Program-made: the position numbers and the translations under genes
Origin: Actinomycetota bacterium
GTDB taxonomy: Bacteria > Actinomycetota > UBA4738 > JACQTL01
Assembly: GCA_036394995.1 (NCBI GenBank)
Contig: DASWED010000125.1
Coordinates: 341 to 64,340 of the forward strand
Direction of reading: 5' to 3'
Length of the DNA stretch: 64,000 bases
Notes under the pieces: model-generated
Database searches by the model: none
Seen by the model: the letters and a program-made list of their open reading frames with translations, nothing else
Told to the model about the DNA's origin: nothing
Shown: in pieces, positions 18,775-27,389 of the stretch
Numbering within the stretch: position 1 is the first letter of the stretch
How the letters are laid out: every line of letters begins with the position of its first letter

Positions 18775-19396
18775 GGCGGAGCGGCGGACCCCCCGGGGGG
18801 TTTCGCCGGACGGGGTGTCCGACGGCTCCGGCGAGACCGAGGAGCAGCGGCGCGAGCGGTTCGAGCGCGACGCCATGCCCCTCATGCCGAGCCTGTACGC
18901 CGCCGCCCTGCGACTGACCCGCAACCCCGCCGACGCCGAGGACCTGGTCCAGGAGGCCTACCTGCGCGCCTACCGAGGGTTCGGGGGGTTCACCGAGGGG
19001 ACGAACCTCAAGGCGTGGATGTACCGCATCCTCACGAACACGTTCATCAACGCCTACCGCAAGCGTCAGCGCGAGCCGATCACGGTGCTGGAGGACGAGA
19101 TCCCCGACTGGTACCTGTACGACCGGCTGTCGCAGACGGGGGAGACCTCCTCGGCCGAGACCCAGGCCCTCGAGCACATCCCCGACGAGGACGTGCAGGC
19201 GGCGCTCGACTCGCTGCCGGAGGGATTCCGGATGGCGGTGTGGCTGGCCGACGTGGAGGGGTTCTCCTACAAGGAGATCGCCGGGATCCTGGGCATTCCC
19301 ATCGGAACCGTGATGTCGAGGCTCCACCGCGGAAGGAAATCCCTGGAGAAGATGTTGTGGGAGAAGGCACGGGAGCGAGGACTTGTCAGGGATTGA
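18725..19396 (+). CDS. sigH: ECF-type RNA polymerase sigma factor SigH/SigR
   Basis: [103 protein letters not shown] closely matches the mycobacterial SigH pattern. The start is ambiguous: GTG 18725 overlaps the upstream gene, and TTG 18758 after GGAGTGGAGG is an alternative. Confidence 0.9.
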   Translation: MGRRDGTEWRSLSRRAEAERRTPRGVSPDGVSDGSGETEEQRRERFERDAMPLMPSLYAAALRLTRNPADAEDLVQEAYLRAYRGFGGFTEGTNLKAWMYRILTNTFINAYRKRQREPITVLEDEIPDWYLYDRLSQTGETSSAETQALEHIPDEDVQAALDSLPEGFRMAVWLADVEGFSYKEIAGILGIPIGTVMSRLHRGRKSLEKMLWEKARERGLVRD

Positions 19397-19631
19397 CTGC
19401 GAAGAGGTGCTGAGGGAGGTCGAGGCCTACCTGGACGGCGAGCTGCCGGATGACCGCTGCGCATTCATCGCGAAGCACCTCCGGGACTGCGGGCCGTGCG
19501 CGGACCGGGCCGACTTCCAGCATCGGCTGAAGGAGCTCGTGGCGCGGAAGTGCCACCGGGCCCAGTCAACCGTTCCCGAGCACCTCGTCACCCGGGTCCG
19601 GATGATCATCTACGAGGAGCCGGGGCCCTAG
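19383..19631 (+). CDS. rshA: Zinc-binding anti-sigma factor RshA/RsrA (ZAS family)
   Basis: 82 aa overlapping the sigH 3' end. [23 protein letters not shown] carries the HxxxCxxC ZAS motif. Confidence 0.9.
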   Translation: MSGIDCEEVLREVEAYLDGELPDDRCAFIAKHLRDCGPCADRADFQHRLKELVARKCHRAQSTVPEHLVTRVRMIIYEEPGP

Positions 19632-19641
19632 CGGGCGCCTC

Positions 19642-19671
19642 GAAGTCGGGGGGCTCCGCCCCCCCGACTTC
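19642..19671 (+). terminator. Perfect 12-bp GC-rich hairpin directly after rshA
   Basis: GAAGTCGGGGGG-ctccgc-CCCCCCGACTTC, starting 11 nt after the stop. There is no U-tract, as is common in high-GC actinobacteria. Confidence 0.5.
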
Positions 19672-19809
19672 CCCCGAACAGCATCTCCGCGGGGCGGGCT
19701 TGTTGCGATCCCGTGGAGGCTGAAGGCCGGGGCGATCCGGGGAACCTCCCCGAGCGTCGAACCTCTGACGCCGACGTGTCGAATGACGTTGCGAGGAGGA
19801 CGAAGCTCG

Positions 19810-19995
19810 ATGAAGGGAACGCGCCCCGGGCACCTGCCCCAGCCGAGTCGCACCACGAGCACGGGACGGACCTGCGCGGAGCCGGGGTGCACCACGAAGC
19901 TCTCCGTCTACAACACCTCCGACCTGTGCTGGCAGCACGCCGAGGTGGTGTTCCCGAACTACCGGGGCAAGCGCCTGGCCCCCGGGAAGCCCTGA
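19810..19995 (+). CDS. Small (61 aa) putative zinc-ribbon protein
   Basis: ATG 19810 lies 9 nt after AGGAGGA. TCAEPGCTTKLSVYNTSDLCWQH gives C-x4-C-x12-C-x2-H. Confidence 0.5.
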   Translation: MKGTRPGHLPQPSRTTSTGRTCAEPGCTTKLSVYNTSDLCWQHAEVVFPNYRGKRLAPGKP

Positions 19996-20061
19996 GCCCG
20001 CGGCACGCCCTCGACCTCACGCTCCCGCTCCCCTTGCGATGCTGAGCGACACCCGGTAATC

Positions 20062-20115
20062 CTCTCCGGGCCCCGACCCCGGAGAGACCACGGCCCCTGC
20101 CGCGGCGGGGGCCGT
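20062..20115 (+). terminator. Two consecutive hairpins between the small Zn-ribbon gene and the biotin carboxylase gene
   Basis: CTCTCCGGG-ccccgac-CCCGGAGAG (20062-20086) and ACGGCCCC-10 nt-GGGGCCGT (20090-20115). Confidence 0.35.
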
Positions 20116-20141
20116 CGGCGTCTCCCGTATCCTTCGCGGAC

Positions 20142-21470
20142 ATGTTCGGATCGGTGCTCGTGGCGAACCGGGCGGAGATCGCCTGCCGGGTGATCCGGAC
20201 CCTCCGGAGGCTGGGGATCCGGTCGGTGGCCGTCCACAGCGACGCGGACGTGCGGGCCAGGCACGTCCGGGAGGCCGACACCGCCGAGCGGGTCGGCGAG
20301 TCGCCCGCTCCGGCCTCGTACCTCAACCCGGCCGCCATCGTGGAGGCCGCGCTCCGCTCGGGGGCGGAGGCCGTGCATCCGGGGTACGGGTTCCTGTCCG
20401 AGTCCCCGAAGTTCGCCCAGGCCGTGATCGACGCCGGCCTCGCCTGGATCGGCCCCTCGCCCGACGTGCTGGAGCTCACCGGCGACAAGGTGGCCTGCCG
20501 GGAGGCCTTCGCGAAGACGGGGTTCCCGGTGCTTCCCGGAGCCGGCCCGTTCGTGGAGGCCGGCGAGGCGGTGGAGGCCGCTGACGGCGTGGGGTTCCCG
20601 GTGATGGTGAAGGCGGTGATGGGGGGCGGCGGGATCGGGATGGGCATCGCCCGGGACCCGGGCGAGCTGGTGAAGGCCGTCGAGACGGCGTCCACGCGGG
20701 GGGCCCGGTTCTTCTCCGACCCGGCCGTGTACCTGGAGCGCTACGTGGAGCGCGCCAGGCACATCGAGGTCCAGGTCCTGGCAGACGACGAACGGACCAT
20801 CCACCTGAACGAACGCGAGTGCTCGGTGCAGCGCCGCCACCAGAAGGTGATCGAGGAGACTCCCTCGCCGGCCCTCACCGGGGAGCTCAGGCGCAGGATG
20901 TGCGCGGCCGCCGTGACCTCCCTGGAGGCGATCGGGTACCGCGGGGCCGGAACCGTGGAGAGCGTGCTCACGCCCGACGGCGAGTTCTTCTTCCTCGAGG
21001 TGAACGCCCGCCTGCAGGTGGAGCACCCGGTGACCGAGATGACCACCGCCGTCGACCTCGTCGAGCAGCAGCTCCGGGTCGCCGCCGGCGAGAGGATCGG
21101 TCTCGACCGCCGCCCTCCCCGCAGCGGGCACTCCCTGGAGTGCCGGGTGTACGCGGAGGACCCCCGCACGTTCCTCCCAGCTCCCGGACGCATCTCCAGG
21201 CTGGACTTCGGGGAGTCGGCCCGGGTGAACCCCAACCGCTACGACTTCGGGTACGACACGGGGGACGAGGTGCCGATGTTCTACGACCCGCTGATCGGCA
21301 AGGTCGTGGTGCACGGGGGGAGCCGGACAGGCTCGATCGGGATGATGGTCGCGGCGCTCGGCGACATCCGTCTGGACGGGCTGAAGACGAACATCCCGGC
21401 GCTGGAGCGGGTCATGCGGGACGAACGGTTCGTGTCCGGCGACTACGACACCGGGCTGCTCGGGAAGTAG
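20142..21470 (+). CDS. Biotin carboxylase subunit of an acyl-CoA carboxylase (no fused BCCP domain)
   Basis: 442 aa. VLVANRAEIACRVIRT..HPGYGFLSE..ATP-grasp region GFPVMVKAVMGGGGIGM..ECSVQRRHQKVIEE..FLEVNARLQVEHPVTE. Confidence 0.9.
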   Translation: MFGSVLVANRAEIACRVIRTLRRLGIRSVAVHSDADVRARHVREADTAERVGESPAPASYLNPAAIVEAALRSGAEAVHPGYGFLSESPKFAQAVIDAGLAWIGPSPDVLELTGDKVACREAFAKTGFPVLPGAGPFVEAGEAVEAADGVGFPVMVKAVMGGGGIGMGIARDPGELVKAVETASTRGARFFSDPAVYLERYVERARHIEVQVLADDERTIHLNERECSVQRRHQKVIEETPSPALTGELRRRMCAAAVTSLEAIGYRGAGTVESVLTPDGEFFFLEVNARLQVEHPVTEMTTAVDLVEQQLRVAAGERIGLDRRPPRSGHSLECRVYAEDPRTFLPAPGRISRLDFGESARVNPNRYDFGYDTGDEVPMFYDPLIGKVVVHGGSRTGSIGMMVAALGDIRLDGLKTNIPALERVMRDERFVSGDYDTGLLGK

Positions 21471-21481
21471 GGTTGCTGCCC

Positions 21482-22249
21482 GTGGGCGAGGCCGTTCGAT
21501 TCGAGCTCCGGAGCCCGGCGGCGTGGATCACGATCGACCGGGAGGAGCGCCGGAACGCGCTGTCGGCCGAGGTCATCGACGGCCTCCTGGAGGCCCTCCG
21601 GCGGGCGTCGGCGGCGGACGGGGCCGGGGTCGTGGTGCTGACCGGCGCCGGCGACAGGGCGTTCTGCGCGGGTGGGGACATCGGCGGGTTCGCCGCGGAC
21701 ACGGCGGACTCGGCCCCCGCGGCGATCGGACGGCTCCTCGACGCCCTGTGGCACCACGCCAAGCCCACCGTGGCCCGGGTCAACGGCCGGGCCCTGGGCG
21801 GCGGGTTCGGCCTGATGATGGCCTGCGACCTGGCCGTCGCCGCGGACGACGTCGAGGTGGGGATGCCGGAGATCAACCTTGGCCTGTGGCCCCACGTGAT
21901 CACCGCGGTCGTCCAGCGAACGGTGCCCCGGCGGCTGGCGCTGGAACTGATGTTCACCGGCCGGCGCGTGGCCGCCGAGGAGGCACTGCGGTGGGGCCTG
22001 GTGAACCGGGTGGTCGCGCGCGACGCGCTCGACGGTGCCGTGGACGATCTGATCGGGGAGATCGCGAGCAAGAGTCCGGCGATCATTCGACTGGGGAAGC
22101 GCTCGTTCACGGGCGCCGAGGAGCTGGGGTTCGCCGCGGCCATCGCGCACCTCAAGGAACGCCTGGCCGAGAACTTCGACGAGGAGGACCTGGCCGAGGG
22201 GGTCAGCGCGTTCCTGCAGAAGCGAAGGCCAGAGTGGAAGGGCCGCTGA
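21482..22249 (+). CDS. Enoyl-CoA hydratase/isomerase (crotonase) family protein
   Basis: GTG 21482. ITIDREERRNALS..VVVLTGAGDRAFCAGGDI..VARVNGRALGGGFGLMMACDLAVAA..EGVSAFLQKRRPEW. Confidence 0.85.
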   Translation: MGEAVRFELRSPAAWITIDREERRNALSAEVIDGLLEALRRASAADGAGVVVLTGAGDRAFCAGGDIGGFAADTADSAPAAIGRLLDALWHHAKPTVARVNGRALGGGFGLMMACDLAVAADDVEVGMPEINLGLWPHVITAVVQRTVPRRLALELMFTGRRVAAEEALRWGLVNRVVARDALDGAVDDLIGEIASKSPAIIRLGKRSFTGAEELGFAAAIAHLKERLAENFDEEDLAEGVSAFLQKRRPEWKGR

Positions 22250-22310
22250 CCGGGCGATCGGCATCGTCGATCCTTCGTGGAACGCAGCGGTTCGGGGGTG
22301 CCTGTGCGTT

Positions 22311-22859
22311 GTGTCCCATGTGAGGGCGCGGGAGCTGGTGATGGCGGCTGACGTACCGGGAGTCGGTGTCGAGGCGGGGCGGGTGGCGCAGCTGTACGCC
22401 GTGCACATCGACGAGGCCTTCCGGATCGCGTACCTGCTGACGGGGAACCGTCAGCTCGCCGAGGATCTGGCCCAGGACGGGTTCCTCCGGCTCATGGGAC
22501 GCCTCGTGCACCTCCGCCCGTCGGTCGACTTCGGCGCGTATCTCCGCCGGACCGTGGTGAACCTGGTGAACTCGCACTACCGGCGCCGGCGGGTCGAGCA
22601 GCGGTATCTCCAGCGCGAGGGAGGGATGCCCCCGCCGGACGCGAAGGGGCCCGACCTCGGCGACCGCGACAGGATGCGCCTCGCATTGCTCACGCTGCCG
22701 CGACGCCAGCGGACGGCGGTCGTCCTGCGGTACTACGCGGACCTGTCGGACAGGCAGGCCGCCGAGATCATGGGGTGCCGGCCGAGCACGGTGCGGGCGC
22801 TCGTCTCGAGGGGAATGGCGTCGTTGCGATCGCAGGTGGGAGGTTCCGATGATCAGTGA
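22311..22859 (+). CDS. ECF sigma factor (actinobacterial SigE-family type)
   Basis: AFRIAYLLTGNRQLAEDLAQDGFLRL..YLRRTVVNLVNSHYRRRR..LPRRQRTAVVLRYYADLSDRQAAEIMGCRPSTVRALVSRGMASLR. The start is uncertain (GTG 22311 or ATG 22341). Confidence 0.85.
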   Translation: MSHVRARELVMAADVPGVGVEAGRVAQLYAVHIDEAFRIAYLLTGNRQLAEDLAQDGFLRLMGRLVHLRPSVDFGAYLRRTVVNLVNSHYRRRRVEQRYLQREGGMPPPDAKGPDLGDRDRMRLALLTLPRRQRTAVVLRYYADLSDRQAAEIMGCRPSTVRALVSRGMASLRSQVGGSDDQ

Positions 22860-23595
22860 GGACCGGGCCCGGGCCCTGCTCCAGGACCTGGCCGACGGCG
22901 TGCCCGGGCCGGAGCGCCAGATCCCCCCGACGATGGTGACCCGCGCCCGCCGGCGGGTCGCCCTCTCCGTCAGCTCGATCGCGGTCGTGGTGGCGGTGAC
23001 CGCTGTGGGGGTCGGGGTCGGGGGAGCTCGCCTGCTGGCCTCGGGCGACGAGGGGCGGCCCGCGAACCCCCCGACCGCGACCGCCCCCTCACCCACGGCC
23101 ACCGCGCCGTCCCCCACGGCCTCACCGGGCGCGCCGGTGCCAATTCGCCGGACGTTCACCTCGTCGCTGTACGGCTACACCATCGGCGTCCCGCAGGGGT
23201 GGGTGCACGACCGGGCGACGAGGGAGCTCGGGGACCGCGAGGTTCCCATGCTCGTGAGCCCGGCGGTCGACACGATCTCGGGAGCCGAGGGGACCGTGAT
23301 CGTGGCCGCGCAGCCCACGGGGAAGATCACCGACCTCGCCGGATGGGCGGCGAAGGTGGACGGTGTGGTCCACCTCGCCGGTTGCATCCCGGGACCCACC
23401 GAGCGCATCGTCGTGGATGGCGAGCCCGCCCGCATCCAGCACCTCGGGATCTGCAGCGGCCTGCACCACGAGTGGGTCGCGGTCGTCCACGGGAGCCGGG
23501 CGTACCACATCGTCTGGGTGCACTCCCCGGGCACGGAGGAGGCGGACAACGCCCTGTTCGCCCGCATCCTGGACACGTTCTCGTTCGCCTCCTGA
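22849..23595 (+). CDS. Membrane-anchored protein coupled to the ECF sigma (candidate anti-sigma/sensor)
   Basis: The ATG overlaps the sigma stop (ATGATCAGTGA). TM helix VALSVSSIAVVVAVTAVGVGVGG, a TATAPSP repeat linker, and a ~150-aa ectodomain with no motif I recognise. Confidence 0.6.
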   Translation: MISEDRARALLQDLADGVPGPERQIPPTMVTRARRRVALSVSSIAVVVAVTAVGVGVGGARLLASGDEGRPANPPTATAPSPTATAPSPTASPGAPVPIRRTFTSSLYGYTIGVPQGWVHDRATRELGDREVPMLVSPAVDTISGAEGTVIVAAQPTGKITDLAGWAAKVDGVVHLAGCIPGPTERIVVDGEPARIQHLGICSGLHHEWVAVVHGSRAYHIVWVHSPGTEEADNALFARILDTFSFAS

Positions 23596-23693
23596 GGAGG
23601 CCGCGACCCGCAGCGGCGTACACTCGGCCCGAGAGCGGGTCCGGGTTGGCATCGGCGCTCCGGGCGCCGGCGAAGGGCCCCGAAGGAGGCACC

Positions 23694-25343
23694 ATGGGCG
23701 AGACCACCGCCCCCATCCCCGACGCGCCCGCGTCCCCACCCGCCCAGCCCGAACGCGCTGCCACGTTCGTGTACTCGGGACCCGATCTGCGCGGGCACGC
23801 AGAGCAGCTCGCGCAGAAGAAGGACAAGTTCCGCGAGATGGGCGGGCCGGAGCGGATCGAACGCCAGCACGCCGACGGCAAGCTCACGGTCCGGGAGCGC
23901 CTGGACCTGCTGTTCGACCCGGGGTCGTTCTCCGAGTTCGCGCTGCTGGGGCACCACCAGTCCTCGTCGCCCCAGATGCAGGGGAAGCTCACCCCGGCCG
24001 ACGGCGTGGTCACGGGCGTCGGCCGGATCGACGGCCGCCGGGTGTGCGTGATCGCGTACGACTTCACGGTCATGGCGGGGTCCATGGGGATGGTCGGGGA
24101 GCTGAAGGCGTCCCGGATGCGCGAGCTGGCGTTGCGCGAGCGGATCCCGATCGTGTGGCTGGTCGATTCGGGGGGCGCGCGGATCCAGGAGGCCGCGGGA
24201 TCGATGTTCGCCCGGACCGGCGACCTGTTCCGGGAGCAGGTCGTGATGAGCGGCGTGGTCCCGCAGGTGGCCGCGATGATGGGCCCGGGGGCTGCGGGCA
24301 CCGCGTACATCCCCGGGCTGGCCGACTTCGTGCCGATGGTGAAGGGCACGTCGAACATGGCCCTGGGCGGTCCCCACCTGGTGAAGGCCGCGGTGGGGGA
24401 GATCGTCACCGCCGAGGAGATGGGCGGCTCGGCCGTCCACTGCAAGATCAGCGGTGTGGCCGACCTGGAGGTGGCCGACGACCGCGAGTGCATCGACGTG
24501 GTCCGGAAGTACCTGGGCTACTTCCCCGCGAACAACATGGAGCCACCGCCCCGGGCCGAGGACGTGACGGACCCGGCCGACCGCTCGTGCGACGCGCTCC
24601 TCGACATCGTGCCCGCGAACCCCCGCCAGGCCTACGACGTGCGCAAGGTCATCACCGAGATCGCCGACGACGGCGACTTCTTCCCGATGAAGCCGGACTG
24701 GGCCCGGAACCTGGTGACGGGCTTCGCCCGGTTCGACGGCCATCCGGCCGGGATCGTGGCCAACCAGCCCATGTTCCTGGGCGGCGCCCTGGACGTGAAC
24801 GCGGCGGACAAGGCCGCCCGGTTCGTGTGGCTGTGCGACGCGTTCGGCATCCCGCTGGTGTTCCTCATGGACTGCCCGGGGTTCCTGGTGGGCTCGGCGG
24901 TGGAGAAGCAGGGGATCATCCGCCACGGCGCGAAGATGCTGTTCGCGGTCAGCGAGGCGACGGTGCCGAAGGTCACGGTCGTGCTGCGCAAGGGGTACGG
25001 CGCCGGGTACTACGTGATGAACGGACGGGCCTACGAGCCCGACTACATCGTGGCCTGGCCCACGGCGGAGATCAGCGTGATGGGGCCGGAGGGCGCGGTG
25101 AACATCATCTTCCGCAAGCAGATCGAGGCGGCGGGGGACGCGGAGGCCCAGGACGCCATGCGGAACCAGATGGTGGACATGGTCCGCGACCAGATCAACG
25201 CGTACATCGCGGCGGGGTGGTCGTTCGTGGACGACCTCATCGAACCCCAGGACACCCGCGCCGCGATCGTCCGGGGCCTGGAGATCGGCGAGACCAAGAC
25301 CGTCGAACGCCCCTGGCGCAAGCACGGCGTCCTGCCGGTCTGA
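23694..25343 (+). CDS. Acyl-CoA carboxylase carboxyltransferase (beta) subunit, AccD/PccB type
   Basis: ATG 23694 after GAAGGAGG. KLTVRERLDLLFDPGSF..VVTGVGRIDGRRVCVIAYDFTVMAGSMG..GGARIQE..NQPMFLGGALDVNAADKAARFVWLCDAFGIPLVFLMDCPGF. Confidence 0.9.
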   Translation: MGETTAPIPDAPASPPAQPERAATFVYSGPDLRGHAEQLAQKKDKFREMGGPERIERQHADGKLTVRERLDLLFDPGSFSEFALLGHHQSSSPQMQGKLTPADGVVTGVGRIDGRRVCVIAYDFTVMAGSMGMVGELKASRMRELALRERIPIVWLVDSGGARIQEAAGSMFARTGDLFREQVVMSGVVPQVAAMMGPGAAGTAYIPGLADFVPMVKGTSNMALGGPHLVKAAVGEIVTAEEMGGSAVHCKISGVADLEVADDRECIDVVRKYLGYFPANNMEPPPRAEDVTDPADRSCDALLDIVPANPRQAYDVRKVITEIADDGDFFPMKPDWARNLVTGFARFDGHPAGIVANQPMFLGGALDVNAADKAARFVWLCDAFGIPLVFLMDCPGFLVGSAVEKQGIIRHGAKMLFAVSEATVPKVTVVLRKGYGAGYYVMNGRAYEPDYIVAWPTAEISVMGPEGAVNIIFRKQIEAAGDAEAQDAMRNQMVDMVRDQINAYIAAGWSFVDDLIEPQDTRAAIVRGLEIGETKTVERPWRKHGVLPV

Positions 25344-25344
25344 C

Positions 25345-26166
25345 ATGAGCGTGGTTCCCGGCGGGGCGTCACGGGCCGAGCTGCTGGAAGCCGTCGACCG
25401 GCACCAGTGGGAGCTCGCCGTCCGGTGGGCGGCGGTGCAGGGCGGGGACGTCCACGACACGCCGGGGTTCGTGCGGTGCATCAATCCCGGGGTGAACGTG
25501 CCGTTCGCGAACGGCGTGATGCGCGTGCGGCTGTCGGAGGAGGAGCTTCCGCACGCCGTGCGGGAGTGCACCGCGGCGTTCCGGGAAGCGGGGGTCCCGG
25601 CGCTGTGGTGGACGAATCCGCTGTCGCGGCCGGAGGATCCCGGACCGGACCTCCGGGCGCACGGCTGGCGGGCGGACGAGGGCATGCCGTGGATGGCCGC
25701 GGCCATCCATCGGATCGAGTGGCCGGATCGGCCCGTGCGCCTGCGGATCGAACGGGTCACCGGCGAGGCGCTGCAGGACGCCTGGCTGCAGGGGATGACG
25801 GCCGGGTTCTCCATGACTCCGGTGGAGCGGTTCGCCATGACCAACCTGGCCACCGCGGTGGGGTACGGGGAGGACGCGCCGTGGGTCCGGTGGGTGGGGT
25901 TCGTCGACGGCCGTCCCGTGGCCACGTCGGGGCTCATGCAGGGGGGCGGGGTCGCGGGGATCTACAACGTGGCGACCGCTCCCGACGCCAGGCGCCGCGG
26001 CTTCGGCGCGGCCATGACGGCCGAGGCCGTGCGGGCCGGGCGGGAGCGCGGGTACGAGGTGGCGGTCCTGGGGGCCTCCGACCTGGGACGCGGGGTCTAC
26101 GAGCGGATGGGATTCGCCGAGGTGTGCCGCGAACAGGTCTTCCTGTGGCCGGGCCCAGCGCGATGA
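25345..26166 (+). CDS. GNAT family N-acetyltransferase (two-lobed, 273 aa)
   Basis: ATG 1 nt after the carboxyltransferase stop. The C-terminal GNAT core reads IYNVATAPDARRRGFGAAMTAEAVRAGRERGYEVAVLGASDLGRGVYERMGF. Confidence 0.8.
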   Translation: MSVVPGGASRAELLEAVDRHQWELAVRWAAVQGGDVHDTPGFVRCINPGVNVPFANGVMRVRLSEEELPHAVRECTAAFREAGVPALWWTNPLSRPEDPGPDLRAHGWRADEGMPWMAAAIHRIEWPDRPVRLRIERVTGEALQDAWLQGMTAGFSMTPVERFAMTNLATAVGYGEDAPWVRWVGFVDGRPVATSGLMQGGGVAGIYNVATAPDARRRGFGAAMTAEAVRAGRERGYEVAVLGASDLGRGVYERMGFAEVCREQVFLWPGPAR

Positions 26167-26217
26167 TCCGCGCAGGCCGTGGAGCGGTTCCCTCGTCTGG
26201 CCGAGAGGAGCGGGCCG

Positions 26218-27309
26218 ATGTCCGATGAGGATCAGGAGCTCACGCGGGAGGAGGAGCAGGCGCTCAGGCGCACCTGCTCGCGGTTCCTGACGTGGCACGG
26301 GCTGCGCTCGGCGTCGGACTTCCTGAGCGAGATCCCTCCGGACGTCGCCACCGACGTGTACGGAGAGGGCGGGGTGGTGGAGGAGCTCGAGGACGAGATC
26401 GCCTCGCTCCTGGGGAAGCCGGCCGCCGCGTTCCTCCCGAGCGGGGTCATGTCCCAGCAGATCGCGCTCCGGGTGCACGCCGACCGGCGGGGCAGGCACA
26501 CGGTCCTGTTCCACCCCTTCTCCCACCTCGACCACCACGAGGAGCGCGGGTACGAACGGCTCCACGGCCTCCACGGCCGGCCCGTCGGCGAGTTCCAGCG
26601 CCTGATCGAGATGGACGACCTGAAGGGCGTCGCCGAGCCGCCCGCAGCGCTGCTGCTCGAGTTGCCGCAGCGAGACCTGGGTGGGCAGCTCCCCGGCTGG
26701 GACGACCTCGTCGCCCAGGCGGACTGGGCCAGGGGGCGGGGGGCCGCCGTGCACATGGACGGCGCCCGGCTGTGGGGGTGCGAGTCCTTCTACGGTCGTA
26801 CGTTCCGGGAGATCTGCGAGCCGTTCGACACCGTGTACGTGTCGTTCTACAAGCAGCTGGGGGGCCTGCCCGGGTCCGGCCTGGCCGGCCCCGGGGACGT
26901 GGTGGCCGAGGTCCGGGAGTGGCGGAGGCGCCACGGCGGCACGGTCCACGGCATGTGGCCGAACGCCGGGTCCGCGCTGAACGTGCTGCGGATGCGCCTC
27001 CCCCGGATCGCCGCGTACCAGGAGCATGCGCTGGCCATCGCCGATGCCCTGCGGGACCTCCCGGACGTGGACGTTGTCCCGGACCCGCCCCACACCCCGA
27101 TGATGCACCTCGTGCTGTATCGGGAGGCCGGCCCGCTGCGGAGCGCCGCCCTGCGCATGGCCCGGGAGGACGGCATCTGGACGTGGGCTCGCTATGCGCT
27201 CACCGGCGCGCCCCGGGCCCAGCGCGCGGAGCTGGACGTGGGCGACGCCACCCTCCAGCTCGCCCCCTCGGAGGTCGGGACGATCGTCGAACGGCTGCTC
27301 CGGGACTGA
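26218..27309 (+). CDS. Threonine-aldolase-like / beta-eliminating-lyase family PLP enzyme
   Basis: ATG 26218 after GAGAGGAG. FLPSGVMSQQIAL..HMDGARLW..VYVSFYKQLGG, with the putative PLP Lys in SFYK. Confidence 0.7.
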   Translation: MSDEDQELTREEEQALRRTCSRFLTWHGLRSASDFLSEIPPDVATDVYGEGGVVEELEDEIASLLGKPAAAFLPSGVMSQQIALRVHADRRGRHTVLFHPFSHLDHHEERGYERLHGLHGRPVGEFQRLIEMDDLKGVAEPPAALLLELPQRDLGGQLPGWDDLVAQADWARGRGAAVHMDGARLWGCESFYGRTFREICEPFDTVYVSFYKQLGGLPGSGLAGPGDVVAEVREWRRRHGGTVHGMWPNAGSALNVLRMRLPRIAAYQEHALAIADALRDLPDVDVVPDPPHTPMMHLVLYREAGPLRSAALRMAREDGIWTWARYALTGAPRAQRAELDVGDATLQLAPSEVGTIVERLLRD

Positions 27310-27389
27310 AGCTGCTCGACCGCGCGACCCGCGGTTGCCGGGGAAGCACCGGGCGGCGAGACTCTGAGCCTGCGTCAGGAGAGGAGCAC

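Noticed and set aside
15061-18924. A 1287-aa minus-strand ORF that would make a giant FtsH fusion protein
   Set aside because: Only the last 663 codons (from ATG 17052) are FtsH. The upstream 620 codons are low-complexity Arg/Pro/Gly-rich antisense sequence of the Mo-oxidoreductase and sigH genes, which is typical of open antisense frames in very GC-rich DNA.
19672-19809. The 138-nt leader between the rshA terminator hairpin and the small Zn-ribbon gene as a riboswitch or sRNA
   Set aside because: I could not fold it into any riboswitch class I know, and no conserved motif is recognisable by eye. It would need covariance-model scanning.
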